Assembly: GCA_045047115.1 (NCBI GenBank) | Contig: JASFYR010000005.1 | Coordinates: 45,660-109,659, forward strand | Direction of reading: 5' to 3' | Length of the DNA: 64,000 nt | Source: Sulfurospirillum sp. | GTDB lineage: Bacteria > Campylobacterota > Campylobacteria > Campylobacterales > Sulfurospirillaceae | Shown here: positions 52,503-61,039 of the stretch, piece after piece | Position numbering within the stretch: position 1 is the stretch's first letter | How the letters are laid out: every line of letters begins with the position of its first letter | Notes under the pieces: generated by a model | Seen by the model: the letters and a program-made list of their open reading frames with translations, nothing else | Database searches by the model: none | Told to the model about the DNA's origin: nothing | Made by a program: the position numbers and the translations under genes

Positions 52503-53384
52503 ATGAAATTTGGTGATTTTCTTGGAAATTTTAGAAGAACACAACCCTCCCCAAATGAAGCACCTACGCATTGGGTAAAATGCAAGAGTTGTCAATCTTT
52601 GATGTATTACAAAGAGGTAGAAAATCAACTCAATGTCTGTCCAAAATGCGGTTTTCATTTAAGAATTGATGTGGAAACAAGAATCAAGCAGATAGCAGAT
52701 CACGGTAGTTTTGTAGAGATGGATGCAAATCTTGCTCCTGTAGATCCTCTAAAGTTTGTAGATAAGAAATCTTATAAAAAAAGAATTCAAGAGGGACAAA
52801 ACAAGACAAAGAGAACATCATCTGCAATTGCCGGAGAGTGTGAAATAGATGGAATTAAAACTCAATTAATTATATTTGATTTTAGTTTTATGGGCGGAAG
52901 TCTAGGTTCGGTTGAAGGTGAAAAGATAGTAAGAGCAGTGGGTAGAGCCATGGAAAAAGAGCAGGGCCTGGTTATCGTCAGTGCAAGTGGAGGTGCCAGG
53001 ATGCAGGAGAGTACATTTTCACTTTTACAGATGAGCAAAACCGCAACTGCACTGAAGGAGCTTTCAAATCATAAATTACCGTATATTTCCATTTTGACCG
53101 ATCCGACTATGGGCGGAGTCAGTGCCTCTTTTGCCTGGTTAGGAGATATAATCATAGCGGAACCGGGAGCTTTGATAGGTTTTGCCGGTCAAAGGGTCAT
53201 AAAACAGACTATAGGAGCTGAGTTGCCAGAGGGTTTTCAAAGATCAGAATTTTTGTTGGAGCATGGTTTGATTGATATGATTGTAAAGAGAGCTGATATG
53301 AAACAAACGATTGCGGGTATGTTAAAATTTTTACAAAAAGATAAAAATGGTTTTAAATTAAGACTTAAAGGAGAAGATAATTAA
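52503..53384 (+). CDS. accD: Acetyl-CoA carboxylase carboxyltransferase beta subunit
   Basis: WVKC..C...CPKC zinc finger, FMGGSLGSVEGEK, SGGARMQE, GFAGQRVI. Confidence 0.97.
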   Translation: MKFGDFLGNFRRTQPSPNEAPTHWVKCKSCQSLMYYKEVENQLNVCPKCGFHLRIDVETRIKQIADHGSFVEMDANLAPVDPLKFVDKKSYKKRIQEGQNKTKRTSSAIAGECEIDGIKTQLIIFDFSFMGGSLGSVEGEKIVRAVGRAMEKEQGLVIVSASGGARMQESTFSLLQMSKTATALKELSNHKLPYISILTDPTMGGVSASFAWLGDIIIAEPGALIGFAGQRVIKQTIGAELPEGFQRSEFLLEHGLIDMIVKRADMKQTIAGMLKFLQKDKNGFKLRLKGEDN

Positions 53385-53835
53385 TATAAATATTTTTACC
53401 ATTGAGAAAAGTAAAAGCGAGGGAGTTGAAATTTTGGTCAAAGAGTACCAAAAGATGATACAAAGATTTGCTAAAATAGAAGACATAACTCTTTTTACCA
53501 AAAACATCGCCCAATCTCAACTTAAAGGTGAAAATGAAGCTAAAATATCATACACTAGAGCTTATGAGCCTTTTTTAAAAGGTTACAGTATATCTTTGGA
53601 TGTTAAAGGTAAAAAGATAGATAGTTTTGAGTTTAGTAAGATATTTGAAAACAGTGCCAATATAAATTTTTTTATTGGCGGAGCATATGGCTTTGAAGAA
53701 GAGTTTTTAAAAAAAACACAAAAAGTTATAAGTTTGAGTAATCTGACTTATGCACATAAGATTGCAAAAGTAGTATTATTTGAGCAGATTTATAGAGGGC
53801 TTTGTATAAAAGCAAATCACCCTTATCATAAATAA
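53380..53835 (+). CDS. rlmH: 23S rRNA (pseudouridine-1915-N3)-methyltransferase, probable ATT start
   Basis: LDVKGK, FFIGGAYG, SLSNLT, EQIYRG, HPYHK. The frame is open back to ATT 53380 with SD AAGGAG 6 nt upstream. Confidence 0.92.
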   Translation: MNINIFTIEKSKSEGVEILVKEYQKMIQRFAKIEDITLFTKNIAQSQLKGENEAKISYTRAYEPFLKGYSISLDVKGKKIDSFEFSKIFENSANINFFIGGAYGFEEEFLKKTQKVISLSNLTYAHKIAKVVLFEQIYRGLCIKANHPYHK

Positions 53836-53871
53836 ATATGCTGTAATAATATTATTATTAGGTGGAAATAG

Positions 53872-54231
53872 ATGAGAAAAAATGAATTAAAATTTTTTGA
53901 AGATATGTTGCTTGAAAGAAAAAAACAGATATTGAAAAATATAGAAGAGTCTCTAAAGGGTATATCTTCACTGAAGCATGATGATGTTGGAGATGAAGCT
54001 GATCATGCTGCTGTGAGTACAGATAGAATGATTGAGGAAGCTATAAATCAACAGTTGACAAAAGAACTGCATGAGATAGAGTACTCTTTGGGAAAGATAA
54101 ATGCAGGTACTTATGGCGTATGCGAAATGTGTGAAGAGGATATAAGTTTTCAAAGATTGAAAGTAAAGCCGCATGCAAAATACTGTATAGCATGTAGAGA
54201 GATCATAGAGAAATCAGCAAACAACAAATAA
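53872..54231 (+). CDS. dksA: RNA polymerase-binding protein DksA
   Basis: DEADHA, YGVCEMC, RLKVKPHAKYCIAC. Confidence 0.95.
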   Translation: MRKNELKFFEDMLLERKKQILKNIEESLKGISSLKHDDVGDEADHAAVSTDRMIEEAINQQLTKELHEIEYSLGKINAGTYGVCEMCEEDISFQRLKVKPHAKYCIACREIIEKSANNK

Positions 54232-54238
54232 GGCAAAG

Positions 54239-55267
54239 GTGGGAAAGAAGATGGGAATAAAACGATATGTATTGTTGTCAGTTATTTATATGTTGGCAAT
54301 TGGGCTTTATGTCTATAGTTTTAATGGGGACAGCTATACTTTAAAGATATATACCATGCCTTTGACACTGCCGATAGCTCTATGGATTATAATGCCTGTT
54401 GTTGTTTTATTTCTTGCATCAGTATTTCATCTGGCATATTATAGTTTTAAAGATTTTTTCTACAAAAGAGCTCTTAAGAAGGATTTGGATACCTATGTAA
54501 AGGTGTCAAAAAAGATTATCTTGGGAGAAGAAAGTAGTCTTAAATTTAAAACAGATCTCTTTAAATTGCCTAGTTTTATCTCTAAAACACTTAATTATGT
54601 AAAAAAAGCCGATGTTAAAGATCTTGAAAACGAAGAATTAAAAGAGTGCTACACGCTTGTCGACAGTATCAAAGACGGTAAATATGAAGATTTAAAAAAG
54701 TTTAAATTGTCTCCAACAAATGAACTATTTATAATGAATGAAAAAAACAGATTGAAAGATGAGCCAAAATATGCATATACCATACTGAAAACCTGTGAAA
54801 ACTTAGAGAGTGATTTGTGTCAGGAGGCATACAATAAGCTATTGAGCATGGGAACTTTTAGCGAAATAAAAAAATATAAATTTCCTATAAATAAAAATAT
54901 TTTCAGAAAGATGATGGAGAGATATTTGGATGATGAAGATGATTTTAATATGGATATAGACTCTATCAAAGAGATGCTGGAAACATTTAATGCAAACAGC
55001 GAGGACTATCTTGAGTTGGCTCAAGAGATAAAAGTCAAACTAAACCCTGATGAATTGATTGATCTTTTCAAAAAACTTTATAATGAAAAAGGGCATATCG
55101 CTGCAAATGCGTATCTGTATACTCTTTTTGAACTTGAAATGATAGACAAAGTCAGAGAAATTTTAGAGAATTCTGAAGAAGAAGACTTTTTGAAATTTAA
55201 AACTTTGCTCTTTTTGAGGGATCACGGTAAAAACATAGATATAATTAAATATCTTAGAGAATGTTAG
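54239..55267 (+). CDS. Conserved Campylobacterota membrane protein between dksA and dusB
   Basis: Two N-terminal TMs (LPIALW..P); long helical domain. Start may be ATG 54251. Confidence 0.75.
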   Translation: MGKKMGIKRYVLLSVIYMLAIGLYVYSFNGDSYTLKIYTMPLTLPIALWIIMPVVVLFLASVFHLAYYSFKDFFYKRALKKDLDTYVKVSKKIILGEESSLKFKTDLFKLPSFISKTLNYVKKADVKDLENEELKECYTLVDSIKDGKYEDLKKFKLSPTNELFIMNEKNRLKDEPKYAYTILKTCENLESDLCQEAYNKLLSMGTFSEIKKYKFPINKNIFRKMMERYLDDEDDFNMDIDSIKEMLETFNANSEDYLELAQEIKVKLNPDELIDLFKKLYNEKGHIAANAYLYTLFELEMIDKVREILENSEEEDFLKFKTLLFLRDHGKNIDIIKYLREC

Positions 55268-56187
55268 ATTTTGATAAAGGGATATATGTTTTAGCACCGT
55301 TGGCGGGTTATACTGATCTTCCTTTTAGATCTTTGGTGAAAAAATTTGGTGCTGATTTGACCATATCAGAGATGATAAGTGCCAATGCCCTTGTGCATAA
55401 TTCTGAAAAAACATATGAAATGTTAAAAAAATCTCCGCTCGAAACTCCTTATATTGTGCAAATTGCCGGCTTTGAAACAGAATCAATAAAAAAAGCTGTA
55501 GAGATTTTAAACGGCATAGATGGTATAGATGGTATTGATTTAAATTGTGGATGCCCTGTGCCAAAAGTAGTTTCTCAATGTGCGGGTTCAGCTCTGCTAC
55601 AAGATCTGTCTCAAGTCCAAAGAGTTATTGAGACAATTAAAAAATACTCCAAAAAAAGATATGTTAGTGCAAAGATAAGATTGGGATTCAATGAAAAGAT
55701 TCCGGATAAAATTGCTCAAGCTTGCGAGAGAGCAGGAGCTGATTTTATCAGTATCCACGGGCGCACAAGGGCTGGAAGATACAAAGCAAAGGTTGATTAT
55801 GAAGCGATAGCCTGTGCAAAAGAGGCTGTAAATATACCAGTTATTGCCAATGGAGATATAGTGAGTCTTGAAAAAGCAAACGAGGTTAAAAAAATCACAG
55901 GCTGTAAGTCTTTGATGATTGGCAGAGGTGCGGTTGGCAATCCTTGGATATTTTATCAGTTAAAAAATAATCTTGAAAGTGTAAGCAAAGAGAAGATTGC
56001 TGAGATAGTTTTGGAACATTACGACAATATGCTGAGTTTTTATGGCCAAAAAGGTGCATTTATCTTTAGGAAGCATCTGCATACTTACTCAAAAGGTTTT
56101 CCAGAAGCTGCATCTTTTAGAGACAGAGTGAACAGAATAGAAGATACACAAGAGATGAGATGGGCTATAAAAAACTTTTTTGAATAA
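55261..56187 (+). CDS. dusB: tRNA dihydrouridine synthase
   Basis: LAPLAGYTD, IDLNCGCP, HGRT, ANGDI, MIGRG, RKHLHTY. Confidence 0.92.
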   Translation: MLDFDKGIYVLAPLAGYTDLPFRSLVKKFGADLTISEMISANALVHNSEKTYEMLKKSPLETPYIVQIAGFETESIKKAVEILNGIDGIDGIDLNCGCPVPKVVSQCAGSALLQDLSQVQRVIETIKKYSKKRYVSAKIRLGFNEKIPDKIAQACERAGADFISIHGRTRAGRYKAKVDYEAIACAKEAVNIPVIANGDIVSLEKANEVKKITGCKSLMIGRGAVGNPWIFYQLKNNLESVSKEKIAEIVLEHYDNMLSFYGQKGAFIFRKHLHTYSKGFPEAASFRDRVNRIEDTQEMRWAIKNFFE

Positions 56188-56238
56188 CAGATTTTGCCTT
56201 CTATGAGCGATAAGTACTTATAGTGTACAAGGTCTTTA

Positions 56239-56277
56239 AATTATGAGACCACTCCATTGTGCAGTGGTCTCATAATT
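56239..56277. terminator. Perfect 15-bp inverted repeat between convergent dusB and FNT genes (bidirectional terminator or REP-like element)
   Basis: AATTATGAGACCACT-CCATTGTGC-AGTGGTCTCATAATT. Confidence 0.65.
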
Positions 56278-56294
56278 GTTAAGCACCTAATCAT

Positions 56295-56376
56295 AAATAG
56301 CCCTATTGCTTCGTCGGATTTTATTGAATTAGCTACGGTTAGTCCTGCAGAAATCTGTCTTACACTAGGACTATTT
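56295..56376. repeat. 82-bp imperfect palindromic element (MITE/REP-like)
   Basis: Ends AAATAGCCCTA / TAGGACTATTT match 10 of 11 as inverted repeats; apical TAGC-TACG-GTTA hairpin; single copy in the window. Confidence 0.45.
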
Positions 56377-56419
56377 CCTTATCGCTGATAGTTGGCTTTA
56401 TTTATGGCTGGGTACTTAT

Positions 56420-57220
56420 TTAGCCTTGGCTACATTGAGGTTTTCCATGGGTCATATAGAGCGCGAGCCCGGTAAAAATAACTCCCCCAAGGATATTTCC
56501 GAGTGTTACAGGTATTTCATTGTATATCCACCATTGTGATATGCTGATATTTGCTCCAAGCATCATGCCTGCTGGGATAACAAACATATTTACAACGGCA
56601 TGTTCAAAGCCCTGAGCAAAAAATGTAAGTATTGGTAGCCACATAGCAAATATTTTTCCAATTGTTGATGTCGATGTCAAAGCCATAACAACACCTAGAG
56701 TTACCATCCAATTGCATAGTATAGCCTTTGTAAAGACCGTTATCATTCCGTCTGTTCCTATTTTTTCATAACCCAAAGTTTTAGCTTCGGCAATCTTTTT
56801 AATTGTTTCGATAATCGCTGAGTTTTCAATATGTCCAAATTTTGTTGTAGCTATAACAAACAAAGAAGCGTATATCAGGCTTCCTATTAAATTTCCAATG
56901 AAAACCCAGCTCCAATTACCAAACATTTTTGCAATTCCTATTTTTCTTTCAGCAAGAGAGGTTGGCAACAAAGCAAAACTTCCCGTTACTAATTCAAGCC
57001 CGAGTAGAACAATCATAACAAATCCTACAGGAAATATTAACGCCCCAACTATTGGTATATGCGTTTGTATTGTTGCTGTTATTGCCAAAGTGGTAGCAAA
57101 TCCTAAAAGTGCCCCTGAGAGAGATCCTCTGATAAGTAGATCTTTAACTTCAAGAGATGCTTTGTAAGCACCTGCTGTTACCATTTGATTGACTACGGAT
57201 TCTGGTTTTACATAGCTCAT
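56420..57220 (-). CDS. Formate/nitrite transporter (FNT) family channel
   Basis: GLELVTGSF, GNLIG, AILCNWMV, GFEHAVVNM, VTLGNILGG. Confidence 0.93.
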   Translation of the reverse strand: MSYVKPESVVNQMVTAGAYKASLEVKDLLIRGSLSGALLGFATTLAITATIQTHIPIVGALIFPVGFVMIVLLGLELVTGSFALLPTSLAERKIGIAKMFGNWSWVFIGNLIGSLIYASLFVIATTKFGHIENSAIIETIKKIAEAKTLGYEKIGTDGMITVFTKAILCNWMVTLGVVMALTSTSTIGKIFAMWLPILTFFAQGFEHAVVNMFVIPAGMMLGANISISQWWIYNEIPVTLGNILGGVIFTGLALYMTHGKPQCSQG

Positions 57221-57252
57221 TTGTTCTCCATTTCATCTTGATAATTTGTGTA

Positions 57253-57261
57253 ATTATAGCA
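57253..57261 (-). promoter_or_regulatory. Extended -10 promoter for the FNT gene
   Basis: TGCTATAAT on the minus strand; SD GGAG precedes the ATG. Confidence 0.6.
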
Positions 57262-57368
57262 AAAATAGTATTTTAATATACAAATATATGATTAAAATAT
57301 ATACAATATTATGCATATATTTAATAAAAGTATAGATATACTTCTAAATATATTTGAAAGGTGAAATT

Positions 57369-58205
57369 TTGAAAAAGTTTAGATTAAATCAAAAAAATAG
57401 ATATGTACAGCTAAATAAGATAGAGAGATTAAAAGAGAATAAAGTAGCTCTTGAGGCTTATGAAAAGATACAAGAGTATTCAAAAAGAGGGTATAACTCC
57501 ATACCTCAAGATGAAAAAAACTTTTTTTTGAAATGTTTTGGTATTTTTGATAAGCCAGCAACCCCAAATGAGTTTATGCTTAGAGTTCGTGTGCCAGGAG
57601 GTGTTTTGGATTTTGAACAAGCATCAGTTCTTGGAGAAATTGGTTTTGAAGGTTGTAAGGCAAAAATTGATGGAGTAAGCGAGTATGGTGTACATATATA
57701 TCTTGGTGGAAATACCATAGGGGAATCAAGGATGGGTGAGAGTATATTGAAATCCATACCTCTTAGGTATGCTCATAAATTTATAGAAGAGTTAGTTGGC
57801 GAATACAAAAGATTAAAATATAAAAATGAGAGTTTTGAAGAATTTTATGAGAGAGTTTTAAGAAAAATTTCAAAGTATTCTATAGGTTTTATCCTGAGGT
57901 TCAAAGCTTTTCTCAAAGAGATGAGTTATAACTCAAAGATTGGATTTGACAGTATAAAACAATCAGGAAAAATAGAGAGATATGAAGTATTTGAATTGGG
58001 CGAACAGATATATCTGTCTTTGTTTGGCGAACTACCCTATAGTGGCGTGATTGATTTTGAGCCTATCATAAAAAACCAACTTACTTTTGAAAAAGGGATA
58101 GATGAAAACATCATAGAGTTGTTGAAAAAGATGCTGGATCCAAACAAAAAAACAAGAGCAAAAGTTTTTTCCGAACTAGAGGAGTTGATAAAAATCTATA
58201 ATTAG
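57369..58205 (+). pseudogene. nirA: Ferredoxin-nitrite reductase (NirA-like) with a large in-frame internal deletion
   Basis: N-terminal LNKIERLK...LKCFGIF...FMLRVRVPGG is joined directly to the C-terminal IGFEGCKAK...HIYLGG...ESFEEFY. The Cys ligands for siroheme/[4Fe-4S] are absent. SD AAGGTG precedes TTG 57369. Confidence 0.75.
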
Positions 58206-58210
58206 ATAGA

Positions 58211-58567
58211 TCAGCCATCGTGTTGAATTTTTTTATGTTTTCTTTTTTTGTATATTTTTTTATTTCTGCTTTTATCTATAAGATTCACCTCTTTGAGTAG
58301 CAAGTTTCTCTTCTCGCAGGTTTTCAAGTTATCATTTTGTAGGGTGGACATGGTTAGTTCGGTAAAATTTTGTAAAGATTTAAAGTAGCCAGAGTCAACT
58401 CTGATATCATCTATGTTTTTGATTAAATTATAGATTTTTATAGATCTTTTCTCAAATAGATCATAATTAAAATCTTCTAATTTTAAAATAGTTATTGAGC
58501 TTTTTAAAAATTTTTCCAAAAGTCTCATATATTTGACTCTTTGAGTCTTTTCTACTACTTTTATCAT
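58211..58567 (-). CDS. Conserved hypothetical basic protein downstream of fliO
   Basis: ATGA overlap with fliO; KYMRLLEKF...LLKEVN...YKKRKHK. Confidence 0.7.
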   Translation of the reverse strand: MIKVVEKTQRVKYMRLLEKFLKSSITILKLEDFNYDLFEKRSIKIYNLIKNIDDIRVDSGYFKSLQNFTELTMSTLQNDNLKTCEKRNLLLKEVNLIDKSRNKKIYKKRKHKKIQHDG

Positions 58568-59421
58568 TTGTAAAATTCAAAATCCTTATGAAAATCGCTA
58601 GAGGCCTTTTCTTTGTAATTCTCGAGTTTTTGATCTTGGAGTTTCAGGTATTCATCTAGCTTTTTTCTATTGTCTTCAAACGCTTTTTCAAATTCACTTG
58701 TATCCTGCAATTCACTTTGCCCAAATGTATCTAAAAGTAGATTTGAGTTTCCACTCATAACCAAGTATCTTTTATTTTTAAATTCTAGTAAAATGACAGA
58801 ATTTTTTATATCGACCTGTTTTTTGTAAACTACCTTTATATCGTCAAAATCACCCTCCGATTTTTTAAATAACCATGATTTTTTATTTGAAGAGAAATTT
58901 TTTACAGAGTATTTTTTTCTTATCCAAAACATAATAATCAACATAAAAAACAGTATTGCTACTACAGTGATATATCTTGTGTCGAGAAGTTTTTCATTCC
59001 CATAGACTGTTTTTTTGCTGTTTTGTGATAAAAATGTAGTTGCTGTGCTTTTTTTCTTTGGTTTGTCTATAGATTTTATTCTGATTCTAAGTCCAAATCC
59101 GTCAGTTGTCTTTGAAGCGATTATTCCTATTTGATTTTTACTTTCTATTATAATCATTAAAGAGTTCTTATCTGGTTTTATTGTCAATTTTTGTGCAATT
59201 TTCGAATCTATACTTTTTTTAACAAGTTTATTGAAGCTTAAATTATTGAGCTTTAAAGTTATTGAATTTTTCTTTTTTTCTTGAAAAATTTGACCATCAT
59301 AAGGAGAATCAAAAGAGAGCATTATGTCAATTCTATCACTCCTGTCATAGAGATTGTAGGTTAAAAGATTTGCAGCGAAAATTTGAGAGATGAGGGCTAA
59401 AAACAGTATTATAAGTTTCAT
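58564..59421 (-). CDS. fliO: Flagellar export accessory protein FliO (long Campylobacterota form with AMIN-like N-domain)
   Basis: Signal peptide, NLLTYNLYDRSDRIDIMLSFDSPY, central TM, FliO-like C-domain; follows fliN. Confidence 0.75.
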   Translation of the reverse strand: MKLIILFLALISQIFAANLLTYNLYDRSDRIDIMLSFDSPYDGQIFQEKKKNSITLKLNNLSFNKLVKKSIDSKIAQKLTIKPDKNSLMIIIESKNQIGIIASKTTDGFGLRIRIKSIDKPKKKSTATTFLSQNSKKTVYGNEKLLDTRYITVVAILFFMLIIMFWIRKKYSVKNFSSNKKSWLFKKSEGDFDDIKVVYKKQVDIKNSVILLEFKNKRYLVMSGNSNLLLDTFGQSELQDTSEFEKAFEDNRKKLDEYLKLQDQKLENYKEKASSDFHKDFEFYK

Positions 59422-59425
59422 TGTA

Positions 59426-59734
59426 TTATATCTCTTTTTTAAAGTATTGTATTACACTTTTTGAATCTAGTATTTCATTGATTCTGATGGCAAGATTTTT
59501 CTCATAGACCATAACTTCACCTTTGCCGAAGATTTTCTTGTTTATAAAAAGTTCCACGCTCTCACCTGCTGGTTTTTCCAGATCTACAACAGATCCAACT
59601 TCCAGTTTTAGAATTTTGTCTATTGAGAGAAATGTCGTACCAAGTTCTGCGATAAAATCGACATTTATATCAAGCAGATTTTCATAGCCTGATAGTAGTT
59701 TTTTTTCTAGGTACTCTTTGTCTTCTTGATTCAT
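59426..59734 (-). CDS. fliN: Flagellar motor switch protein FliN
   Basis: LLDINVDFIAELG, GSVVDLEKPAGESV, GKGEVMV. Confidence 0.94.
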   Translation of the reverse strand: MNQEDKEYLEKKLLSGYENLLDINVDFIAELGTTFLSIDKILKLEVGSVVDLEKPAGESVELFINKKIFGKGEVMVYEKNLAIRINEILDSKSVIQYFKKEI

Positions 59735-60186
59735 TTTATCCTGCTTTTTTTAGTATTATAATCTTGGGCTTCCATAGCAACGAGAAAAGTTCTGTTTTCT
59801 ATTTTATAGAGTAAATTACTCTCTAATTTTATGGGAATTGGAGCTGATATATTGCCTAAAAACTCTGGTGTTCCGAGTCTATAAGTAATATTTTGATTTT
59901 TCTCTTCAAGCTTTACTTTTGCCATTCCTATTATTTGATTAGATATCTCTTTGAGAAGATCATTAAACTCATCTTCGCTTAGATTGTCCTCAAAAAGAAG
60001 AATTTGTGCTACCTTTTTAAGGGTTGGTTTTTTGAAAAAAAGAAACCAATTTTGCTCATTTTCATTTTCATATATAGGTATTGATGCAGCGTAAAAGTCA
60101 TTTCCAACTGTTTTTGCATTTTCTACTTCAAGCCCTAGTATATCTTTGCAAAACACTTTTACAGCTTCATTTACAGCTTTTCTCAT
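59731..60186 (-). CDS. CheX-like chemotaxis phosphatase domain protein
   Basis: DLLKEISNQIIG (E-x2-N motif); LGTPEF; upstream of fliN. Confidence 0.7.
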   Translation of the reverse strand: MRKAVNEAVKVFCKDILGLEVENAKTVGNDFYAASIPIYENENEQNWFLFFKKPTLKKVAQILLFEDNLSEDEFNDLLKEISNQIIGMAKVKLEEKNQNITYRLGTPEFLGNISAPIPIKLESNLLYKIENRTFLVAMEAQDYNTKKSRIK

Positions 60187-60298
60187 GAAACCTCTTTATT
60201 TTTAACTTATAAGGTTAGTTTTTAATGGCTATATTATAGTTTAAATTGTTTATTAAGAGCTTAAATAGTAAAATGCCTCTTTTATAAAAGAGGATAAA

Positions 60299-61039
60299 AT
60301 GATTGTAATTTTGATAGTTTTAGGTGCACTCGTTGGGTTTGCTTCCGGATTTTTTGGTATAGGTGGCGGTACGGTTTTGGTGCCAAGTCTTATATATCTT
60401 GGATATGATGTCAAGACTGCTATTGGCATATCTATTATATTGATGGTGTTTAGTTCAATTTTTGGTTCATTTGTAAACTATAAAAATCAAATGCTTAGGC
60501 TCGAAAATGGCATAGTTTTGGGACTGGGAGGCTTTATAGGCGCTCAATTTAGCGGATATATTGTATCATATCTTCCTTCTTATGTCCTGCTTGGTTTTTT
60601 TGCCATATCTCTTCTGGGGTCTTTGTACAAATTTTTAAAATCCCCCGCGGAACCAAATGAGCCTCCAAATGAGTCAAAAATTTTACTTTTTTTAGTTGGT
60701 TTGTTTGTTGGTATGATTGCTATAAGTATCGGTATAGGAGGAGCTCTGTTTTTGACTCCTATCATGGTAGGATTTTTACACTTTGACATCAAAAGAGCAG
60801 TCTCTACCTCGCTTCTTTTTGTGGTTTTTTCCTCAATTTCCGGACTTATCAGCTTTTCTATACATGGTCTTATGGATTATCGCTCAGGTATAATACTTGG
60901 TCTTGGCTCACTTGTTGGGGTCTATTTTGGTGCCAAGCGTTCTCATGTTATTCAAAGAGATTTACAAAAAAAGTTATTGATGATTTTGTATGTTGTACTT
61001 TTCTTACTGACACTAAATAAACTGATAGTGGGAATTTAA
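60299..61039 (+). CDS. Sulfite exporter TauE/SafE family membrane protein
   Basis: Two repeats: GFFGIGGGTVLVP and SIGIGGALFLTP; KRAVSTSL. Confidence 0.9.
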   Translation: MIVILIVLGALVGFASGFFGIGGGTVLVPSLIYLGYDVKTAIGISIILMVFSSIFGSFVNYKNQMLRLENGIVLGLGGFIGAQFSGYIVSYLPSYVLLGFFAISLLGSLYKFLKSPAEPNEPPNESKILLFLVGLFVGMIAISIGIGGALFLTPIMVGFLHFDIKRAVSTSLLFVVFSSISGLISFSIHGLMDYRSGIILGLGSLVGVYFGAKRSHVIQRDLQKKLLMILYVVLFLLTLNKLIVGI

